Part shown: positions 20,493 to 28,263 of the stretch, piece after piece | Layout: every line of letters begins with the position of its first letter | Numbering within the stretch: position 1 is the first letter of the stretch | From: a bacterium | GTDB taxonomy: Bacteria; Omnitrophota; Gorgyraeia; Duberdicusellales; 4484-171 | Assembly (NCBI GenBank): GCA_021796115.1 | Contig: JAJYOP010000004.1 | Coordinates: 4,680-68,679, forward strand | DNA: 64,000 bases | Direction of reading: 5' to 3' | Position numbers and translations under genes: made by a program | Notes under the pieces: model-generated | What the model was told of the DNA's origin: nothing | What the model saw: only the letters and a program-made list of their open reading frames with translations | The model's database searches: none

Positions 20493-20521
20493 TTGACATT
20501 TGCTGTTATATAAGGTATATA
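20493..20521 (+). promoter_or_regulatory. Sigma70-like promoter of the pyrR leader
   Basis: TTGACA (20493-98), 17-nt spacer, TATATA (20516-21). Confidence 0.5.
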
Positions 20522-20528
20522 TTATGAA

Positions 20529-20561
20529 ACCTTTAAGCTGGTCCAGAGAGGCTGGCAAGGA
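20529..20561 (+). promoter_or_regulatory. PyrR-binding (anti-antiterminator) stem-loop
   Basis: cctttaagctgGTCCAGAGAGGCTggcaagg. It contains the established PyrR recognition sequence UCCAGAGAGG in a hairpin. Confidence 0.7.
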
Positions 20562-20592
20562 ACTAACATGAAAATAATACTAAAAATCGAGA

Positions 20593-20624
20593 CCCCGTAC
20601 CTAAACAGTACGGGGTTTGCTTTT
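20593..20624 (+). terminator. Intrinsic terminator (attenuator) of the pyrR leader
   Basis: ccccgtac-ctaaaca-gtacgggg followed by tttgctttt. Confidence 0.7.
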
Positions 20625-20930
20625 CCACAGATGTTCACAGATAAGAAATCGCAGATTATCACAGATAACTAATAAATATGGCTGGAGAAATAAACAATTT
20701 CCAAGATACAATAATCAAACAATGACCAATAACCAATCCTTCGACTACGCTCAGGATTGTCCTGAGCGAGTGAAACGAGTCGAAGGGCAAATCTCAATAA
20801 CCAAACAAAAACCAACATTTCCGTTTGGTCATTGGATATTGAATATTGTAATTTGTTTGTATCTTGTCTCTTGGTTATTGGTTATTTCTAAAGCATCTGT
20901 GCCTATCTGTGATTTACATCTGTGCTAATC
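20625..20930. repeat. Composite nested word-hairpin (family C CACAGAT arms enclosing family B), copy 2
   Basis: The outer arm ccacagatgttcacagataagaaatcgcagattatcacagataac pairs with aagcatctgtgcctatctgtgatttacatctgtgc. The inner family B element has its core at 20738-20787. It is about 90% identical to 27892-28243. Confidence 0.8.
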
Positions 20931-20947
20931 TTTGCGGAGAAAACGAC

Positions 20948-21535
20948 ATGAATAACTTTAAGGAAAAAGCAAAAATCTTAAACGACGAAGAGATAAAACG
21001 CACTCTGCAACGGTTGGCTCATCAGGTTTTAGAGAGCAATACCGAGAAGGAGGAGATTGTTTTAATTGGCATTCAGACTCGCGGCGTTTATCTGGCAAAG
21101 CGGCTGCAGGCGATTCTTAAAGAGATCGAAGGCAAAGACCTTCCTTTCGGCATACTCGACATAACTTTATACCGCGATGACTTAACGGTTGTCGGCACAA
21201 AGCCGCAGGTTAAGGAAACCCAAATAGATTTTGACCTTAACGATAAAATAGTAATTCTTATTGATGATGTTTTGTTTACCGGAAGAACAATACGCGCTGC
21301 CCTTGATGAGATCATGGATTTCGGAAGGCCAAAAACAGTGATGCTTCTAGTTTTGATTGACCGAGGGCACAGAGAGCTTCCTATCCGGGCAGATTTTGTC
21401 GGTAAAAATATACCCACATCAAAGAATGAAACGGTGTTAGTGCATCTTGCAGAACTCGATGGGCAAGATGAGGTTGTAATCGGCGAGAAGTTAAACACGA
21501 ATGACCACGAAACTGAGACGACCCATTCGACGTAG
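20948..21535 (+). CDS. pyrR: Bifunctional pyrimidine operon regulator / uracil phosphoribosyltransferase PyrR
   Basis: The start is reset to MNNFKEKAKILNDEEIKRTLQRLAHQV. The PRPP motif is VILIDDVLFTGRT. The ORF-track N-terminus ([12 protein letters not shown]...) is repeat-encoded and is shared verbatim with carB. Confidence 0.9.
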   Translation: MNNFKEKAKILNDEEIKRTLQRLAHQVLESNTEKEEIVLIGIQTRGVYLAKRLQAILKEIEGKDLPFGILDITLYRDDLTVVGTKPQVKETQIDFDLNDKIVILIDDVLFTGRTIRAALDEIMDFGRPKTVMLLVLIDRGHRELPIRADFVGKNIPTSKNETVLVHLAELDGQDEVVIGEKLNTNDHETETTHST

Positions 21536-21572
21536 CTCAGGGTCGTCCTGAGCGAGTAAAACGAGGCGAAGG
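21525..21572. repeat. Diverged solo copy of the family B core
   Basis: attcgacgtagctcagggtcgtcctgagcgagtaaaacgaggcgaagg. It overlaps the pyrR stop region. Confidence 0.55.
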
Positions 21573-21586
21573 ACGAATTTACAGGA

Positions 21587-22546
21587 ATGAGAAAATCTAA
21601 TAGCATAAATTGGACGAAAAAGGACCTGATTGATTTAGAAACTTTAACCAAAGAAGAAATAGAATTAATTCTTTCTACCGCCTCAACCTTTAAAGAAGTT
21701 TCCACAAGGGAAATCAAAAAAGTCCCTGCACTGCGCGGTAAAACCGTGGTCAATCTTTTTTACGAACCATCGACCCGCACGCGCGTTTCTTTTGAAGTTG
21801 CCGCAAAAAGATTATCCGCCGATGTTATCAATATCGCTTCGGAATCATCAAGCGTAAAAAAAGGCGAAACACTGATTGATACCGGCAAAAATATCGAAGC
21901 GCTGCGAGTAGACATAATTATTATGCGGCATAATTATTCGGGCGCGTCGGCAATTCTTGCCAGGAATTTAAAGGCGAGCGTAGTTAATGCCGGCGACGGC
22001 TGGCATGAGCACCCTACGCAGGCGCTTCTGGATATGTTTACGCTCAAAGAAAAATTAGGCCACATTGAAGGGCTTAATGTGAGTATCGTCGGAGACATTG
22101 CCCATTCGCGCGTGGCGCGCTCGAATATCTGGGGCTTAGTGAAACTTGGCGCAAAAGTTACAGTCTGCGCGCCGAAAATGCTCATACCTCCGGCAATTGA
22201 TAAAATGGGGGTTACGGTAACACACGATATCGAGGATGCGCTGAAAAACGCAGACGCAGTTAATGTTTTACGCATGCAGTTTGAGCGGGATAGAGGCGAT
22301 GCGTTTCCGTCGCAGCTGGAATATTTTAAAAAATTCGGCATCACCAGCGAACGAATTAAAAAAGCGAAAAAAAATATTATTGTCATGCACCCCGGGCCGA
22401 TTAACCGCGGCATTGAAATGTCAAGCAATGTTGCCGACGGCGGTAACTCGGTAATCTTAGAACAGGTTACAAACGGCATAGCCGTGAGAATGGCTGTACT
22501 TTTCCTGGTGGCGCAGGCCAATGAATATGTGAGGAAGAATAAGTAG
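21587..22546 (+). CDS. pyrB: Aspartate carbamoyltransferase catalytic subunit
   Basis: STRTR and HPTQ motifs, plus HPGPINRG. Confidence 0.95.
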   Translation: MRKSNSINWTKKDLIDLETLTKEEIELILSTASTFKEVSTREIKKVPALRGKTVVNLFYEPSTRTRVSFEVAAKRLSADVINIASESSSVKKGETLIDTGKNIEALRVDIIIMRHNYSGASAILARNLKASVVNAGDGWHEHPTQALLDMFTLKEKLGHIEGLNVSIVGDIAHSRVARSNIWGLVKLGAKVTVCAPKMLIPPAIDKMGVTVTHDIEDALKNADAVNVLRMQFERDRGDAFPSQLEYFKKFGITSERIKKAKKNIIVMHPGPINRGIEMSSNVADGGNSVILEQVTNGIAVRMAVLFLVAQANEYVRKNK

Positions 22547-22614
22547 TTTGTAGTTTGTTTAAATAAAACCGGGCGTTTGATTCAACCAACTACTAGCTAC
22601 GAACAACAAACTAC
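22544..22614. repeat. Word-hairpin, family H (GTAGTTTG/CAAACTAC), copy 1
   Basis: tagtttgtagtttgtttaaataaaaccgggcgtttgattcaaccaactactagctacgaacaacaaactac. It starts in the pyrB stop codon. Confidence 0.7.
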
Positions 22615-22622
22615 AATATATT

Positions 22623-23906
22623 ATGAAACTTTTGATTAAAAATGGCCACGTGGTTTCACCGGCAAATAATCTCGATGCTGCGGTTGATGTTTTAATCGAC
22701 GGGAACAAAATCTCTAAAATCGGCAAGAACTTGAAAGATAACGCGGACTCAAGTATCGATGCGTTAGGCAAGATTGTCATGCCCGGCGTCGTGGATATGC
22801 ATGTGCATTTACGTGAGCCGGGCCGGGAAGATAAAGAAACAGTTGGCTCGGGGACTCTTGCGGCAATTCATGGCGGAGTGACCAGCGTCCTGCCGATGGC
22901 GAACACGCTTGTCTGTATCGATTGCGTGGAAAACGTGAAGCTGCTGAAAAATATAATTGCGAAATCTGCCAAAGCCAACGTTTATCTTTGCGCGGCAATT
23001 ACCAAATCGAGAGAAGGCAAAGAGCTCATGAATTTTGCCCGGCTAAAAAAAGAGGGCGTGATTGCGCTTTCCGACGACGGCGCATCAATTGACAGCGATG
23101 AAGTGATGCTTAAAGCGCTTAAAAAAGCTAAAGACTGCAAGATGCTTGTTCTTTGCCACTCGGAAGACAAAGCTCTTTCTGCAAACGGCGTAGTTAACCT
23201 CGGATTTACCTCAACCAAGATGGGCTTGCGCGGCATCTCTAAAGAATCGGAATATAAACGCATCGAGCGCGATATAAGTCTTGCGCAAAAAGCAGGTGCG
23301 CCGATTCATATAACCCACATAAGCTGCCTTGAATCGGTAGCGGCAATTGCCAGGGCCAAAACCAAAGGAGTAAAAGTGACTGCCGATACCGCCCCGCATT
23401 ATTTTGCCTTAAGCGAGGAAGACGTCTGGAGTTACGATGCGAACATGAAGATGAACCCGCCGCTAAGAACCAAAGAAGACGTTACGGCGATAAGAGAAGC
23501 GCTGAAATCGGGCGTCATCGATGCCATTGCCTCGGATCACGCCCCGCATACGGAAAATGAAAAAGAAATTGAATTCGAACGCGCGGAATTCGGAGTTATT
23601 GGCCTTGAGACGATACTTTCCGCAGGTATCACTTATCTTGTCGGCCAAACTGTTTTAGACATGAACGAACTGGTAAAGAAACTCTGCGTTAATCCGGCAA
23701 AAATTTTGGGGATAAAAAAAGGGGCTATTGAGCCGGGCTACGACGCGGATATTGCGATTGTTTCCAAAGATAAAGAGTGGTTGGTTAAAAAAAGCTGTTT
23801 TGTCTCCCGGTCAAAAAACAGCGCATTTCTCGGTAAAAACCTAAAGGGCGTAGTGGATTACACGATTCTAAGTGGCAAAATTGCCTACGCCAATGTAAAT
23901 AAATAG
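22623..23906 (+). CDS. pyrC: Dihydroorotase
   Basis: DMHVHLREPG and SDHAPH motifs; 427 aa. Confidence 0.9.
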   Translation: MKLLIKNGHVVSPANNLDAAVDVLIDGNKISKIGKNLKDNADSSIDALGKIVMPGVVDMHVHLREPGREDKETVGSGTLAAIHGGVTSVLPMANTLVCIDCVENVKLLKNIIAKSAKANVYLCAAITKSREGKELMNFARLKKEGVIALSDDGASIDSDEVMLKALKKAKDCKMLVLCHSEDKALSANGVVNLGFTSTKMGLRGISKESEYKRIERDISLAQKAGAPIHITHISCLESVAAIARAKTKGVKVTADTAPHYFALSEEDVWSYDANMKMNPPLRTKEDVTAIREALKSGVIDAIASDHAPHTENEKEIEFERAEFGVIGLETILSAGITYLVGQTVLDMNELVKKLCVNPAKILGIKKGAIEPGYDADIAIVSKDKEWLVKKSCFVSRSKNSAFLGKNLKGVVDYTILSGKIAYANVNK

Positions 23907-23916
23907 AAATACTATG

Positions 23917-24055
23917 AAATTCCAAGCACCAAGCACCAAATTACAAATAAATTCCAATGACCAAAGTTCCAATGTCCTAAACAAAACCTGTTTTGGTCAT
24001 TTGAACATTGGAATTTGAAACTTATTTGGTACTTGGAATTTGGGATTTGGAATTT
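23917..24055. repeat. Word-hairpin, family D (TTCCAA/CCAAG words), copy 1
   Basis: gaaattccaagcaccaagcaccaaattacaaataaattccaatgacc...ggtacttggaatttgggatttggaattt. A related copy lies at 57583-57713. Confidence 0.75.
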
Positions 24056-24065
24056 ATTTTTGGGT

Positions 24066-24524
24066 ATGCGGTTTATTGTAACCAACGAACTTGGTAAATT
24101 GGCTAAGAGATTAAGAATCCTGGGTTTTGACACCATCGAATACGAGAATGCAAAAACCCCAGAGCTTATCATTAAAGCGCTTGCGGATGACCGCATCATT
24201 GTAACCAGAAGTAAATCAGTCGGCGAGAAACTACCTAAAGGCACGATTGTCCTTGCGTCTACAGATATAGATGAGCAGGTTAGAGTGCTATGCGAAAAGC
24301 TAAATCTTAAAATCGCCAAAGAAAAAATGTTTACCCGCTGTACATTATGTAACGAAGAACTGATTAATGTGCCTAAAGATAAAATAGAAAAATTGGTTCC
24401 GCCGCGCGTTTACGAGGCGCAGGAAATTTTTAAAAAATGCCCAAGGTGCGGAAAAATTTATTGGCAAGGCAGTCACTTGGAGAGCATTAACAATTTGATA
24501 GATAAAATTCAAAGAGGCAAATGA
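24066..24524 (+). CDS. Mut7-C RNase domain (DUF82) protein with a C-terminal Zn ribbon
   Basis: MRFIVTNELGKLAKRLRILGFD...RCTLCNEEL...CPRCGKIYWQGSH. The start is reset because the ORF-track start at 24015 lies in repeat D. Confidence 0.7.
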   Translation: MRFIVTNELGKLAKRLRILGFDTIEYENAKTPELIIKALADDRIIVTRSKSVGEKLPKGTIVLASTDIDEQVRVLCEKLNLKIAKEKMFTRCTLCNEELINVPKDKIEKLVPPRVYEAQEIFKKCPRCGKIYWQGSHLESINNLIDKIQRGK

Positions 24525-25753
24525 AATTCGTAGCAGATTTTCACATTCATTCAAAGTATTCACGAGCCACTTCGCGGGATATGGATATTCCCAATCTTGC
24601 GAAATGGGCAAGGTTAAAAGGCATCAGCCTTTTGGGCACAGGCGATTTTACGCACCATCTCTGGCTGCAGGAACTTAAAAAACACTTGGGCACCGAGCCG
24701 CAGAAGGGCCTGTTTTCTTACGAAGGTATTCATTTTATCCTGACCGCAGAAATATCGAGTATTTATTCCCAGAATGGGAAAGTTTACCGCGTGCACAATG
24801 TAATCATGGCACCTTCTTTTGAAATTGTTGCTGAAATCAATAAAGCACTTTCAAAACAAGGCAATCTCGCATCAGATGGCCGGCCAATCCTTGGCATAAG
24901 CTGTATTAAGCTTGCCGAAGAACTTTCGAAAATCTCAAAAGACATTATGCTAGTTCCGGCGCACATTTGGACGCCGTGGTTTTCGGTCTTTGGTTCGAAT
25001 TCGGGTTTTAATTCTCTTGAAGAAGCCTTTGGAAAATATGTCGAAAACATAACGGCGCTGGAAACAGGTCTTTCGAGCGATCCCGGGATGAACTGGCGGC
25101 TTTCCCAGCTCGATAAATATTCTTTAATCTCGAACTCCGACAGCCATTCGCCGCAACGAATTGGCAGAGAAGCCAATGTTTTTGATTGCGAGATGGATTA
25201 TTACGAGATAAAAAAAGTCCTTGAGGCCAAAGACAATAAAAAATTTTTATACACCGTGGAGTTTTTCCCGGAAGAAGGCAAATATCATTTCGACGGCCAC
25301 CGGAATTGCGATTTAAGGCTTTCGCCGGCGGAAACTAAAAAATATAAAGGCCTTTGTCCGCGGTGTAACCGGCCAATAACCAAAGGCGTTTTAAATCGAG
25401 TCGAAGAGCTAGCCGACAGGCCGGAAGGCTATGTTCCGGAAAATAATATCGGCTATAAAAGCTTGGTTTCCTTTGACGAGATTATTGCCGATGCCAAAGG
25501 TGTCGATAAAAAAAGCAAAGCCGTATTAAGGGAATACATGGAAATAATCCCGGCCTTCGGTTCAGAATTTAATATTTTAGTCAATGCGACAGAAAAAGAA
25601 CTTTTTTCAAAGCTTCCGGAAAAAATTGCCGAAGGCGTTAAGCGCGTACGCGAAGGAAAATTGCAAATAGAACCGGGCTACGACGGCGAATACGGGGTGA
25701 TTAAAATTTTTGGGCTGGATGAGAAGAAGAACGAACAGATGACATTATTCTAA
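24521..25753 (+). CDS. Endonuclease Q-like PHP-domain protein (TIGR00375-type)
   Basis: DFHIHSKYSRATSRDM, GTGDFTH, EGKYHFDGHRNC, and the Zn finger CPRCNRPITKGVLNRVEELA. The 4-nt ATGA overlap with the Mut7-C gene suggests translational coupling. Confidence 0.65.
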   Translation: MKFVADFHIHSKYSRATSRDMDIPNLAKWARLKGISLLGTGDFTHHLWLQELKKHLGTEPQKGLFSYEGIHFILTAEISSIYSQNGKVYRVHNVIMAPSFEIVAEINKALSKQGNLASDGRPILGISCIKLAEELSKISKDIMLVPAHIWTPWFSVFGSNSGFNSLEEAFGKYVENITALETGLSSDPGMNWRLSQLDKYSLISNSDSHSPQRIGREANVFDCEMDYYEIKKVLEAKDNKKFLYTVEFFPEEGKYHFDGHRNCDLRLSPAETKKYKGLCPRCNRPITKGVLNRVEELADRPEGYVPENNIGYKSLVSFDEIIADAKGVDKKSKAVLREYMEIIPAFGSEFNILVNATEKELFSKLPEKIAEGVKRVREGKLQIEPGYDGEYGVIKIFGLDEKKNEQMTLF

Positions 25754-25767
25754 ATACATGTGTAATT

Positions 25768-25900
25768 TAAACTCTAAACTCGAAACCCTAAACTCTAAAC
25801 AAACTCGAAACTCTAAGTTCCAAACCCTAAACGTTTCGTGTTTTCTTCCGTTTGTAGTTTGTGATTTGTTTAGAGTTTCGAGTTTAGGATTTAGAGTTTA
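25768..25900. repeat. Family A word-hairpin, copy 4, ending 7 nt before tRNA-Arg
   Basis: taaactctaaactcgaaaccctaaactctaaacaaactcg...gtttagagtttcgagtttaggatttagagttt. Confidence 0.8.
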
Positions 25901-25907
25901 AAAAAAT

Positions 25908-25979
25908 GTCCCTGTAGCCCAACGGATAGGGCGTTGGCCTCCGGAGCCAAAAATGGCAGTTCGATTCTGCCCAGGGACG
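25908..25979 (+). tRNA. tRNA-Arg (anticodon CCG); CCA not encoded
   Basis: The acceptor stem pairs GTCCCTG with CAGGGAC. The anticodon arm is ttggc-CTCCGGA-gccaa. The T-arm is ggcaGTTCGATTctgcc. The discriminator is G at 25979. Confidence 0.9.
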
Positions 25980-26190
25980 TTAATGAGGCAGCAATCTTTT
26001 CTGAGCCTGTCCGCTTCTTGCGGGCAGGCGATAGAAAAGTTGCGTAGCCGAATTAACCCCGGCGAGCGTCAAAAAATTATGGAACAGAATTTTTTGACAT
26101 CCCCTGCGAGCCGGGGTAATGAGCACGAGTGCAGAAGCAAAACGTGTAGAAATTTCTAAAGAAATTTTTGCTGTATACAGCGAAGGTAGG
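25980..26190 (+). ncRNA. GA-clamp hairpin motif, copy 2, with an extra degenerate module; abuts tRNA-Arg
   Basis: The clamp is TTAATGAGGC (25980-89) ... GCCGAATTAA (26047-56). The second stem is CCCCGGC (26057-63) / GCCGGGG (26110-16). After that comes TAATGAGCACGAGTG...gctgtatacAGCGAAGGtagg. Confidence 0.5.
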
Positions 26191-26253
26191 ATAATGAAAA
26201 CAGACAACAGAGAATCGAAGGACAAGGGATGAAAGACGAAGGACGTAAACAAA

Positions 26254-26703
26254 ATGAATATAACTGTAATCGGCGGCTCAACCTGCTCGAAAAAAGATTA
26301 TGAAATTGCGCGACAAGTCGGCAGGCTTATCGCAAGGCAAGGCTGGACACTGGTTTGCGGCGGGAGAACCGGCATAATGGAGGCTGCCTGCCGCGGGGCA
26401 AAAGAAGCCGGCGGGACCACAGTTGGAATTTTACCAAGCATCGACGGCAAAGATGCCAATAAATATTTAGACGTAAATATTCCAACAGGGTTAGGCTATG
26501 CCAGAAACGTTCTTGTGGTGCGGGCTTCTCAGATAATTATTGCGATATCGGGGAAATATGGTACACTTTCCGAGATTGCTTTTGCCTTTAATGAAGAGAG
26601 AACAGTGATTGGCATCGACACCTGGAAAATAAAAGGCATCGTCCAGGCAAAAACCCCACAACAAGCAATATCTTATATTAAAAAAATTTTAAAAAAGGTA
26701 TGA
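26254..26703 (+). CDS. TIGR00725 / LOG-SLOG family Rossmann-fold protein
   Basis: ITVIGGS...LVCGGRTGIMEAACRGAKEAGGTTVGILP...GTLSEIAFA. Confidence 0.7.
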   Translation: MNITVIGGSTCSKKDYEIARQVGRLIARQGWTLVCGGRTGIMEAACRGAKEAGGTTVGILPSIDGKDANKYLDVNIPTGLGYARNVLVVRASQIIIAISGKYGTLSEIAFAFNEERTVIGIDTWKIKGIVQAKTPQQAISYIKKILKKV

Positions 26704-26704
26704 C

Positions 26705-26748
26705 AAACTCAAAACTCTAAGATTCCAAACTCTAAACGTTTAGAGTTT
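26705..26748. repeat. Family A word-hairpin, copy 5 (short)
   Basis: aaactcaaaactctaagattccaaactctaaacgtttagagttt. Confidence 0.6.
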
Positions 26749-26757
26749 AAAAAATAT

Positions 26758-27891
26758 ATGAAAGCAACATTATTTCTAGAAGATGGATTTACGTTAACCG
26801 GCGAATCCTTCGGCGCCGAAGGCCAAACCATAGGCGAGGTCGTATTTAATACGGCAATGACCGGCTATCAGGAAATCTTAACCGACCCGTCCTATAAAGG
26901 CCAAATTGTCTGCATGACTTACCCCTTAATCGGCAATTACGGCGTAAATGCCAGCGATGTTGAATCAAAGAAACTAAGAGCTGAAGGTTTTATCGTCAAA
27001 GAAAAAAGCCGGATTGTTTCTAACTGGCGGGCGAATAAACCCTTGGACGAATATCTTAAAGAGCACAATGTTGTTGCCATCGAAGGCGTTGACACGCGGG
27101 CTTTAACCAGACGTTTGAGGGAAAAAGGCTCGATGAAAGGGATTATTTCAACAATTGATTTTAATGCAAAAACATTAAAAGATAAATTAGATAAAGCGCC
27201 TTCGATTATCGGCGTGGACCTGGTCAAAGAAGTCAGTTGTTCGAAAACCTACGAATGGGAAGAGGATTTAGAAATAAGAAGAATAAACGAAGCCAAGAAA
27301 CATAAATTTACCATTGTTACCATTGACTGCGGCATAAAATATTGTATTTTAAGAAACCTTAAAGAATTGGTGGAAAAAGTTATTGTGGTTCCGGCAAAAC
27401 TTGCGCTCGCGGAAATTTTGAAATTAAAACCGGACGGAATTTTGTTTTCTAACGGCCCGGGAGATCCGGAAGCAGTTACCTACGTTATCGATACAGCAAA
27501 AGAACTGATTGCTAAATTACGCAATAAGGAATTAAAGGTTGGAGTAATGGGCGTCTGTCTTGGCCATCAGATTTTAGGCATCGCTTTTGGCGGCCGGGCA
27601 AAAAAATTAAAATTCGGCCATCACGGCGGCAATCATCCGGTAAAAGATTTAGAAAGCGGAAAGATAGATATAACCTCGCAAAACCACAACTTTGTGATTC
27701 CGCCGGAGACGATCCCTGATAAAGAACTGTTGCAGACGCACGTAAATTTGTACGACCATACGCCGGAAGGCTCAAAACATAAAAAATTGCCGGTAATGAG
27801 TATCCAATTTCATCCCGAGGCTGGCCCCGGGCCTTTTGACGCACGGTATATTTTTGGAAAATTTATTGATTTGATAGAAAAATTGAGTTGA
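26758..27891 (+). CDS. carA: Carbamoyl-phosphate synthase small (glutaminase) subunit
   Basis: GVCLGHQ catalytic Cys motif and QFHPEA. Confidence 0.95.
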   Translation: MKATLFLEDGFTLTGESFGAEGQTIGEVVFNTAMTGYQEILTDPSYKGQIVCMTYPLIGNYGVNASDVESKKLRAEGFIVKEKSRIVSNWRANKPLDEYLKEHNVVAIEGVDTRALTRRLREKGSMKGIISTIDFNAKTLKDKLDKAPSIIGVDLVKEVSCSKTYEWEEDLEIRRINEAKKHKFTIVTIDCGIKYCILRNLKELVEKVIVVPAKLALAEILKLKPDGILFSNGPGDPEAVTYVIDTAKELIAKLRNKELKVGVMGVCLGHQILGIAFGGRAKKLKFGHHGGNHPVKDLESGKIDITSQNHNFVIPPETIPDKELLQTHVNLYDHTPEGSKHKKLPVMSIQFHPEAGPGPFDARYIFGKFIDLIEKLS

Positions 27892-28243
27892 CCACAGATG
27901 TTCACAGATAAGAAATCGCAGATTATCACAGATAACTAATAAATATAACTGGAGAAATAACCAAGATACAAGAAACAATAATCCCAGAAGGGATAGGCCT
28001 TCCTATATACCTTTATAAGGAAGGGCCTAATCAAACAATGACCAATAACCAATCCTTCGACTACGCTCAGGATTGTCCTGAGCGAGTGAAACGAGTCGAA
28101 GGGCAAATCTCAATAACCAAACAAAAACCAACATCTTTGCTTGGTTATTGTTTCTTGGATATTATAATTTGTTTGTATCTTGTCTCTTGGTTATTGGTTA
28201 TTTCTAAAGCATCTGTGCCTATCTGTGATTTACATCTGTGCTA
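27892..28243. repeat. Composite nested word-hairpin (families C and B), copy 3, filling the carA-carB spacer
   Basis: It has the same outer and inner arms and the same core (28054-28103) as 20625-20930. It also carries an extra 49-nt insertion. Confidence 0.8.
27984..28032. mobile_element. 49-nt mini-hairpin insertion with a TAATC target-site duplication, nested in composite repeat copy 3
   Basis: Copy 2 reads caaTAATCaaacaatg. Copy 3 reads caaTAATC-ccagaagggataggccttcctatatacctttataaggaagggccTAATC-aaacaatg. The inserted sequence is itself an inverted repeat (aggccttcc/ggaagggcct). Confidence 0.6.
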
Positions 28244-28263
28244 ATCTTTGCGGAGAAAACGAC

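Noticed and set aside
20864-20947. ORF-track N-terminal extensions [28 protein letters not shown] shared by pyrR (20864) and carB (28180).
   Set aside because: The shared peptide is encoded by the right arm of the composite repeat. The conserved protein N-termini begin at the next Met (20948 and 28264).
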